From Fibrobacteria bacterium (GTDB lineage Bacteria; Fibrobacterota; Fibrobacteria; UBA11236; JADFYW01): a DNA stretch of 24,356 nucleotides. Position 1 is the first letter of the stretch. Each line of letters begins with the position of its first letter. Shown here in pieces: positions 17,807-24,356 of this stretch. The stretch lies in the NCBI GenBank assembly GCA_050294405.1, contig JBNKOC010000020.1:1-24356 (forward strand), in the 5' to 3' direction. The notes beneath the pieces are model-generated. The model saw nothing but the letters and a program-made list of their open reading frames with translations, was not told the DNA's origin and searched no databases. Both the position numbers and the translations under genes were made by a program.

Positions 17807-18402
17807 TGCTAAAATTTATGTTAGCCCTGTTGTTTTTATCCGCCTTTGGGACCGTTTCCCTTTGGGCCAAATCTTCCGAAGACTATTTCCATGGCGCAGC
17901 CTCCATGTATGTGGAAGGACGCATGCAGCAAGCCAAAATAGAAGTGGAAGAAGGGCTTCGGCAATTTCCTGAAGACAACAAACTAAAAGCTCTGGCGGAG
18001 CAGCTCAAAAAACTGGAAGACCAGCAAAAACAAGATAATCAAAACCAGTCCGGCGGCGACAACCAGGAAAACCAGGACAACAAAGAAAAGCAGGAACAAG
18101 ACCAAAACCAGGACTCTAATTCCCAAGAGGAAGATAAAAAAGAAGATTCCAAAGACCAGGATTCCAAGGAAGAAGAGAAGGACAAGCAAGAAGAAGAAAG
18201 CCAGGGCGAACAAAACCAGGAGGAAGAAAAACAGCCTCCCCAGGATAGCACGAGCCAGGGACAAGCGCCCCCGGAACAGGGAGAAATGAGTGAGGAAGAA
18301 GCCAAACGGCTTTTGGACAATTATAAAAACGACGAAAAAGAAGAATTGAAAAATTTAAAGAAAAAAATAGGACGTCGCGGCAAGCCGGTTAAAGATTGGT
18401 AG
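17806..18402 (+). CDS. Second BatC-like protein: short TPR, Q/E/D-rich linker and KDW C-terminus
   Basis: Own signal peptide, one TPR-like hairpin, long acidic low-complexity region, then MSEEEAKRLLD...VKDW as found at BatC C-termini. TGATG overlap with the upstream gene. Confidence 0.7.
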   Translation: MLKFMLALLFLSAFGTVSLWAKSSEDYFHGAASMYVEGRMQQAKIEVEEGLRQFPEDNKLKALAEQLKKLEDQQKQDNQNQSGGDNQENQDNKEKQEQDQNQDSNSQEEDKKEDSKDQDSKEEEKDKQEEESQGEQNQEEEKQPPQDSTSQGQAPPEQGEMSEEEAKRLLDNYKNDEKEELKNLKKKIGRRGKPVKDW

Positions 18403-18431
18403 GCCTATGCCCGGAATATATATTTAAAACC

Positions 18432-20201
18432 ATGCGAAAACTAAGGCACATACTCCTCCTTTGGGCACTAGCCGCACTTTTTAGCTCCAATGTTTTTGGA
18501 CTTAAAGTGGAAGGGGGAATCACCTCCAATCAGGTGGAAGTGGGCGAATCCTTTCAGCTGAAAATCACCGTAAGCGATGAAAAACAAATATCCAACCTGC
18601 CCTGGCCCGATGTTAAGGGCCTGGAACCCTTTTCGGTAAGTAAAAACACCGGAACCTCATCCAGCTCCCAGACCACCATCATAAACGGAAGAGTTTCTCA
18701 ATCCAAAACCTATGTTACGGAGTTTGCCTACACCCTTACCGCCAAAGAACCCGGCCAATACAACATAGGCCCCATAACCTATGTATATAAAGACTACAGC
18801 CGCAATCTGGGAAGCGTCACAGTAACCGTAAACAAAGCGGTTTCCGGCCTTGAGCTCCAACCCCGCCTCAATAAAAAATCCGTTTATGTGGGAGAGCAAA
18901 TCAAATACTCCCTGCGCATTATCCCCAAAAGCAGCGTCCAGCAAATTCGCCCTCCCAACTTTCAAAAGGAAATTGGAAAAACATTTTTTATGGTGCAGCT
19001 TCAGGAAGAAGTGAAACCCAAAACCGTGGAAATAGATGGCAACCCCGTACGGGTCTTTGACATTGAATTCGCCCTCTTTCCCCTGCTCTATGACAATGTG
19101 AAGTTTCCCTCCTACTCCCTGGAATACGACGAAGTCATTGCCCAACGCTCCCGCCGCAACTCGGTTTTCGACGACTTTTTTGGAATTGGCGGCAAGGTGG
19201 TGCAAAAAACAGCCTTCACCCAACCCCTAAGCCTTAGCGTCAAACCCCTGCCCCCAGGCCAGCCTGAAGGCTTCAGCGGTGCCGTGGGCAGCTACAGCTT
19301 AAATGCCAGCGTAGACAAAACCCAATTGAAATCGGGAGATGCCCTAACCCTAACCGTAATTATAGAAGGAGATGGCCAACCCAAAGCCATCACCAACCCT
19401 ATCCTTCCCGAACTAGAACAATTCGAAGTATTTGCGCCGGAAGTGAGCTCCAGCACCCGAATCGAAAACGGCATATACATATCCAAAAAAACCTTTAAAT
19501 ATGTATTAGTGCCTTCCCGCAAGGGCAACTACACCTTAAGCCCCCTTCAATTCCATTTTTTCGACGCCAATAGCGAAAGCTACAAAACCTTAAGCTCACC
19601 CAGCTTTGAAATCAATGTGGCCAAAGGAAAAGAAATCCAATCGGGCCAAAGCCGTTTGCTTAATCAAAAAAACATTGAGGAACTGGGCAGCGATATACGC
19701 CATATTAAAAAACTCAGCACAGCTCTGGAAAATTCCGCGCCAAACCTCTACAAAATGCCCTGGTACTGGATACTATACATATTGGGCCCCTTTTGTTATA
19801 TCCTTCTTTTGATTTACAAACTCAGAGAAGAAAAGCTGGAATCGGACAGCGGCCTTAGACGAAAGGTACAGGCCAAAGGCATCGCCAAAAAACGCTTGGC
19901 AGAAGCCAGAAAAGCCATGGCCGGAGAAGACTCCCGCAATTTCTATAAAACTTTGAGTGCCTCCCTGGAACGCTTTGCCAGCGACAAACTAAACAAAGAG
20001 TTAAGAGGCTTAACCCTGGAAGATGCCCTCCAAGAATTAAAATCCAAAGGGCTCAGTGAAGAAAATCTCAATGCCTACAAAGAAATAATGGAAGAATGCG
20101 ATATGGGGCAATTCGCCTCAGCCCAGAAAGATTTAAACAAATGGCAAAACCTATTGGGCAAAACCGAAAACCTTATTAATAACATAGACAAACATGTATA
20201 A
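18432..20201 (+). CDS. batD: BatD-family protein
   Basis: Signal peptide from ATG 18432 (MRKLRHILLLW...), repeated Ig-like domains (VEVGESF, VYVGEQI, FSGAVGSY, LKSGDALTL), TM helix and helical C-domain. Confidence 0.88.
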   Translation: MRKLRHILLLWALAALFSSNVFGLKVEGGITSNQVEVGESFQLKITVSDEKQISNLPWPDVKGLEPFSVSKNTGTSSSSQTTIINGRVSQSKTYVTEFAYTLTAKEPGQYNIGPITYVYKDYSRNLGSVTVTVNKAVSGLELQPRLNKKSVYVGEQIKYSLRIIPKSSVQQIRPPNFQKEIGKTFFMVQLQEEVKPKTVEIDGNPVRVFDIEFALFPLLYDNVKFPSYSLEYDEVIAQRSRRNSVFDDFFGIGGKVVQKTAFTQPLSLSVKPLPPGQPEGFSGAVGSYSLNASVDKTQLKSGDALTLTVIIEGDGQPKAITNPILPELEQFEVFAPEVSSSTRIENGIYISKKTFKYVLVPSRKGNYTLSPLQFHFFDANSESYKTLSSPSFEINVAKGKEIQSGQSRLLNQKNIEELGSDIRHIKKLSTALENSAPNLYKMPWYWILYILGPFCYILLLIYKLREEKLESDSGLRRKVQAKGIAKKRLAEARKAMAGEDSRNFYKTLSASLERFASDKLNKELRGLTLEDALQELKSKGLSEENLNAYKEIMEECDMGQFASAQKDLNKWQNLLGKTENLINNIDKHV

Positions 20202-20955
20202 GTTAACTTACATACTCTACCTTCTTTTCCTTTGGACTCCCCTATTGGCCAATACCGCCTCCCCTGCCGAAGAATATTTTGCCGAGGCCAACAGCTATTA
20301 CGAAAAAGGCGAATTTGAAGACGCCAGCGAGATGTATAAAAAAGCCGTCAATGAGGGCATCGAAAACCCAATCTTGTATTACAACTACGCCAACAGCCTC
20401 TTTCGCACAGAGCAATTGGGCCTTTCCATCCTCTATTACGAAAAAGCCCTCAAGCTGGCCCCCCATGACCCGGATATATTGGCCAACCTAAAATTTGCCC
20501 GTGCCCACACCGTGGACAAAAACGAGGAACCGGAACAAAACATCCTCACTAAATTTTTATGGTACCTCCATTCGGGCTATTCCCTTAACATGGCCCTGTG
20601 GATTTTTCTCCTTGGCTTTTCCCTCATTTTTGCCCTGCTTATACTTAACCTTTACATGGGCTCAGGAGTTAAAATCTTCAGTTTTTCCATTATTGGACTG
20701 ATTGCCCTCCTCTTAATTATTTGGAGCCCCTCGGTTATTATTCGCATTAAAAGCCAGGAAACGGCACGCTACGCCATTGTCCTCTCCAAATCTCTGGATA
20801 TATATAGCGGCCCCGGAGACAACTACCAGGCCCTGGCCAAGGTCCACGAAGGCACCAAATTTGAAATTGAAACCATCACCCAAGACTGGGCCAAAGTAAA
20901 ACTGCCCACGGGCAAGGGGGGCTATGTATTGGCTTCCGAATTAGGGAAGATATAA
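20194..20955 (+). CDS. batE: BatE: TPR + TM + SH3b-like protein
   Basis: ANSYYEKGEF, YYNYANSLF...ILYYEKALKLAPHD, two TM helices, then SGPGDNY...VHEGTK...WAKVKLPTGKGGYV. Confidence 0.88.
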   Translation: MYKLTYILYLLFLWTPLLANTASPAEEYFAEANSYYEKGEFEDASEMYKKAVNEGIENPILYYNYANSLFRTEQLGLSILYYEKALKLAPHDPDILANLKFARAHTVDKNEEPEQNILTKFLWYLHSGYSLNMALWIFLLGFSLIFALLILNLYMGSGVKIFSFSIIGLIALLLIIWSPSVIIRIKSQETARYAIVLSKSLDIYSGPGDNYQALAKVHEGTKFEIETITQDWAKVKLPTGKGGYVLASELGKI

Positions 20956-21328
20956 ATAAGCAAGGCTTCCATTAAATTTCCGGCAAACCCTCTGTTCTTC
21001 ATCCAGAACATAAGAAACAACCCCGATACCTCTTACTTTTACCTTGGCGTTTTGTTGGGGAATGCAGTTTTGGTCGTTTTTTTCCAGGCCACAGCCTAGC
21101 TGTAAATTTAATTTTCCCAGGGTTCGGAGTATCTACCCGAACGGCCTGCCTGTTAAATGATTGGAAACTTTAAAGGGCCCACCAAAAACCTCAGCCCTCA
21201 TTCAACCCAAAAGCTAGGCATAAACCTCAAACTTAAACTCATATCAAAACAGGCCAGAACAAAAAAAAAGTTCCCACCGACATAAATAAATGGAGTCCAC
21301 AAACCTTAAGCACAAATACAATCCCAAC

Positions 21329-21682
21329 CTATGGATTCTTATCTAAATACTGACGGTCCGGATGCATGTTCTTTAGACCTCCCCCAGCCTCTTTGTATTT
21401 TTTATAATAATCATCGGCAGATTGCTTGTAGATTCGGTGTAAATTTTCCAATTGTATTAGACGCTGGTTTAACATATCCATAACCTGAATCAATGAGTCA
21501 TTGGGGTTGGCCGAATTTACAGCTTCAACCTCCGCCAAATGGGCTTTTACAATTTGCATTTGCTCATTTATTTTTTCAGCCTCTTTACCGTCCTCGACAC
21601 TGTATTTTAAATAACCAGGCTGCTGCGCACAACCTAATACCAATACAATCACAAACATCCAAACCATGTAAAATTCTTTCAT
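21329..21682 (-). CDS. Hypothetical lipoprotein (117 aa, predicted coiled-coil) directly downstream of intI
   Basis: ATG at 21682 lies 1 nt after the intI stop (TTG GAG TAA T ATG, giving a GGAG SD). Signal MKEFYMVWMFVIVLVLG-C with lipobox. Confidence 0.75.
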   Translation of the reverse strand: MKEFYMVWMFVIVLVLGCAQQPGYLKYSVEDGKEAEKINEQMQIVKAHLAEVEAVNSANPNDSLIQVMDMLNQRLIQLENLHRIYKQSADDYYKKYKEAGGGLKNMHPDRQYLDKNP

Positions 21683-21683
21683 A

Positions 21684-23087
21684 TTACTCCAATACATCCA
21701 GCGGACTTTGAACATTGATAAAATTTGATTTTGCCACATGAGTATAAATCATCGTGGTTTGCAAATTGGAATGTCCTAACAATTTTTGAATTGTGCGAAT
21801 ATCATATCCGTTTTCCAAAAGATGGGTGGCAAAACTATGCCGCAACGAATGGATACTGGCGTTTTTTGCTATGTTCGATTCCCTCAACGCAGTTTTAAAA
21901 GCCACTTGAGGAGTCGTCACATAAATATGATGCCGCCTAACAATATTTTCCCTTGGCGCCACAGATAGGTTTTTAGCGGGGAACAGCCAATACCATTGCC
22001 ATTCTTTCCCGGCATTAGGATATTTACGCTCCAAAAGTTTGGGCAGTTCCACCCCGGCAATATTATTTTTTTTATCTTCCTCAAAGAGCTCCCGGGCTTC
22101 TTCCAGTTGGGCGGTTAACCTCTCTTTTAATTGGGCCGGCAAAATAGTTAAGCGGTCTTTATCCCCCTTGCCCGAACGAACCGTAAGCATATTTTGGCTA
22201 AAATCAAGGTCCTTCACCCGAAGGGAAATACATTCGCTTACCCGGAGTCCCGAACCATAAATCAGCTCGGCCATTAATCGACTCACGGAGGATAACCTGG
22301 AAAAAACCTGCTTAACCTCAGAGGGAGTTAACACCACCGGCAAACGCCGGTTTAGCTTGGAACGAAATATATGCTTTACGCTATCCAGGTCCTGATGTAA
22401 GATAAACTTATAGAAAAACAACAAAGCGTTAAAAGCCTGGTTTTGCGTGGATTTGGCGACCCCCCGTTCTATAGCTATATAACTCAAATATTGGCTGAAA
22501 TGTTCTTTAGACAATTCATAAGGATTCAAAGAACCGTGATATTTGGCAAATTGATTGGTCCACAACATGTAGGATTTTTCTGTTTGATAAGACTTTTGCT
22601 GCATGCGGATGAAATCTTTAGTTTTATGCAAAACCACTTTCCAATTGGAATGCATGGGCTTATCATTTTGCGGGAGAGAAGATTCTGCAATAACATCCTC
22701 CGAATAGCTTACAGAATGGTAAATTCCCTTGGAATAATTAGATTTTTTTTCGCCAGAAAGCTGCGGCAACTGAGCATTTTCCCGATGCCCACTATATTCA
22801 GCTTTCCGTCCGGGAGCTATAAATCCAACCTGAGAGGGTTTATAATTTTTTTGTATAAAGAATTGCAATAGCTGGGCCGCCTCTTTGGCCTGCTGGACTT
22901 TCCAACCCTCTTCTTTAGATTCTAAATCCTGTACAAATTTTTCAATAGATTCAGAATCGGAAAACTTTAAATTTTGCACGCGGCAAAAGTAGCTGAAATT
23001 ATTGGACCAGCGCACATAATGAGGCACTTTAAAAGCTGGAATTTTAGTCTCATTTTCCAAATATTCTGCAAATTGCTCCGCAAGCAT
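21684..23087 (-). CDS. intI: Integron integrase (tyrosine recombinase) with about 145-aa N-terminal extension
   Basis: STQNQAFNALLF, YGSGLRVSE, GKGDKDR, integron-specific insert GVELPKLLERKYPNAGKEWQWYWLFPA, RRHH, HSLRHSFATHLLE, LLGH, TTMIYTHV. Confidence 0.96.
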   Translation of the reverse strand: MLAEQFAEYLENETKIPAFKVPHYVRWSNNFSYFCRVQNLKFSDSESIEKFVQDLESKEEGWKVQQAKEAAQLLQFFIQKNYKPSQVGFIAPGRKAEYSGHRENAQLPQLSGEKKSNYSKGIYHSVSYSEDVIAESSLPQNDKPMHSNWKVVLHKTKDFIRMQQKSYQTEKSYMLWTNQFAKYHGSLNPYELSKEHFSQYLSYIAIERGVAKSTQNQAFNALLFFYKFILHQDLDSVKHIFRSKLNRRLPVVLTPSEVKQVFSRLSSVSRLMAELIYGSGLRVSECISLRVKDLDFSQNMLTVRSGKGDKDRLTILPAQLKERLTAQLEEARELFEEDKKNNIAGVELPKLLERKYPNAGKEWQWYWLFPAKNLSVAPRENIVRRHHIYVTTPQVAFKTALRESNIAKNASIHSLRHSFATHLLENGYDIRTIQKLLGHSNLQTTMIYTHVAKSNFINVQSPLDVLE

Positions 23088-23431
23088 TTCTAAAAGATAA
23101 TTTATTTCCCGCCCCCCAAAAACCCTTTTTTCCTCCCTCCCAACCCAGCTACAACCAACACTCCCCCTATTGGATATTAGATGTACTTACCACCTAATTT
23201 TTTTAAGTGCCACCGGATTATCAGCTTTCATACCAGCAATTTTCCAACGACAACTGAGCTCCCTCCCTTAAAAAAGGAACAAAAAACTCAATTTTTAGCG
23301 AAATAAAGCAATTCCCAAACAAGAGCCCAAAATTTCACTCTTTCAAAAAAAGACGAAATAAAATCTTAAAGTGAGGATATAAAGAAATTATTTTTTAAAA
23401 GACTTTAATTCCCGATTGGCACAATACCCAT

Positions 23432-23459
23432 TTGCAAGATTTCAATAAATATTTATTAA
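23432..23459 (+). promoter_or_regulatory. Candidate cassette promoter Pc
   Basis: TTGCAA-16 nt-TATTAA about 100 bp upstream of the attI crossover. Weak evidence because the region is very AT-rich. Confidence 0.25.
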
Positions 23460-23546
23460 TATAAAGTATACAATGCTCTTTTTGAATCTTTCCCATATAC
23501 AACAAACATCACAGGCAAACAATTCTACAAACAACAAAAGGGAAAG

Positions 23547-23565
23547 GTTAATAAGATTGTTGTTT
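23547..23565 (+). other. attI: Candidate attI recombination site (crossover G|TT at 23559/23560)
   Basis: GTTAATA-5 bp-GTTGTTT. GTTGTTTGG is the exact reverse complement of CCAAACAAC at 24118-24126, as expected for the two ends of one cassette. Confidence 0.75.
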
Positions 23566-24216
23566 GGACCTAAATATATAGGGCGTAAAAAAAAGAAATT
23601 GGTTTTAAAATTATGCGAAAAATTCAATTTATATTAATAACAATATTTGGTATGCTGATTATTCAATGTGGGTGGATAACTACTCCAAATAATAATCAAA
23701 TGCCTCCTGGATATTATCACATTGGTACTACTCAATATTATTTTGATGAAAATGGAAATTATGAAATTCGCTCATATAAAACATACGAAAATGAGCTCAT
23801 ACCAAGTGAAAATGCAAAAGGTATTTGGAAAGTTGATAATGGTGATTTAAAAATAAAAAGAGAATCGTGGAGGTCATTTGATTATAATTCAGACTGGAGC
23901 GATTGGAATAATATAAATTCTAGTTATTGGACTGAGGGTGAAATTATCGATATAAATGACAAAAGGGTACAACTAGAGAAATGTTATGATTTATGGGATG
24001 ATGACGAAGGTAAAAAATGTAGCACCAAAAATTATGAATTTAACGAAACCAATGAATTCTTTACACCCAATGAATGCAATAATAAATGCACGTTTTGAAT
24101 GATACTGTAAAAAATGGCCAAACAACAAATCGTTGAACCGGAAATTTTGCTCCAGCAAATTATTTTTGTTAAATACAAAAATAATCCGCCTCCACAAAAC
24201 TCCGGTTAACTGTGCG
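23560..24216 (+). mobile_element. Integron gene cassette 1 (657 bp)
   Basis: Bounded by G|TTGTTTGG and the attC R' G|TTATAC. Contains a single AT-rich ORF divergent from intI. Confidence 0.85.
23613..24098 (+). CDS. Cassette-encoded hypothetical exported/lipoprotein, beta-rich (possibly lipocalin-like)
   Basis: Signal MRKIQFILITIFGMLIIQ-C, a G.WKVDNGDLKI motif, four further Cys near the C-terminus, visibly AT-rich codons. Confidence 0.8.
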   Translation: MRKIQFILITIFGMLIIQCGWITTPNNNQMPPGYYHIGTTQYYFDENGNYEIRSYKTYENELIPSENAKGIWKVDNGDLKIKRESWRSFDYNSDWSDWNNINSSYWTEGEIIDINDKRVQLEKCYDLWDDDEGKKCSTKNYEFNETNEFFTPNECNNKCTF

Positions 24217-24222
24217 TTATAC
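24120..24222 (+). other. attC: attC site (103 bp)
   Basis: R'' AAACAAC, 5-bp spacer, L'' GTTGAAC ... L' GTTAAC, 5-bp spacer, R' GTTATAC. Stem CCGGA(A)ATTTTG/CAAAACTCCGG plus an inner perfect 11-bp hairpin ATTATTTTTGT/ACAAAAATAAT. Confidence 0.9.
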
Positions 24223-24356
24223 GATCAATTATGAAAACTCCAAATTTTTAATTCAATGATAATATGTTAACAATTAAGCATAATTATAAATATTCAGATA
24301 TTTATAATCTTTTTGATTTTGTAAATTTAGGAATTACCAATTATTGATGTGGAAAA
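24217..24356 (+). mobile_element. Start of probable integron cassette 2 (runs off window)
   Basis: Follows the attC crossover, very AT-rich, no long ORF visible in the available 140 bp. Confidence 0.5.

Noticed and set aside
18020..18280. Apparent short tandem repeats (CAAGA/GAAGA-rich DNA)
   Set aside because: Explained by the Q/E/D/K low-complexity linker of the BatC-like protein; no fixed nucleotide period.
18396..18431. ORF-track start at 18396 for batD
   Set aside because: ATG 18432 gives a canonical signal peptide; the upstream TTG start adds an implausible leader.
21683..21739. ORF-track start at 21739 for the gene downstream of intI
   Set aside because: It overlaps intI. ATG 21682 has an SD and yields a proper lipoprotein signal peptide.
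23442..23627. 61-aa minus-strand ORF across attI, and the 68-aa minus-strand ORF 23991-24197 across attC
   Set aside because: They span recombination sites and cassette boundaries in AT-rich DNA and have no protein-like features.
21684..24356. Mobile (class 1-like) resistance integron or prophage integrase
   Set aside because: No transposase, resistance or phage genes are visible. The IntI-specific insert plus attC indicate an integron, and the housekeeping flank suggests it is sedentary.

Overview
Chromosomal DNA of a diderm (Gram-negative-type) bacterium. Left to right: the 3' end of a PP2C/SpoIIE-type phosphatase gene, pgeF, a beta-barrel outer-membrane protein and a bidirectional terminator. 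Next is a minus-strand run recR-engB-mlaE-mlaF-mlaD(MCE)-TPR protein-beta-propeller-like protein-small ORF. Divergent from it is a plus-strand run of a sugar-nucleotide epimerase followed by an expanded MoxR/DUF58/Bat (VWA-TPR) operon. At the right end lies an apparently sedentary integron: an N-terminally extended 467-aa IntI, a lipoprotein gene abutting its stop codon, a candidate attI, one complete AT-rich cassette closed by a 103-bp attC, and the start of a second cassette. A family of non-coding palindromic repeats (MITE/RPE-like) occurs once at 1971-2172 and as a cluster filling the moxR-DUF58 gap (11555-12087). The most unusual points are the repeat family (conserved core, exchanged but still self-complementary termini, chained mini-ORFs), the atypical integron platform, an MlaF with degenerate signature and H-switch motifs, and a TPR plus parvulin-less foldase lipoprotein inside the Bat operon. 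All protein calls come from motifs recognised by eye; no database search was run.
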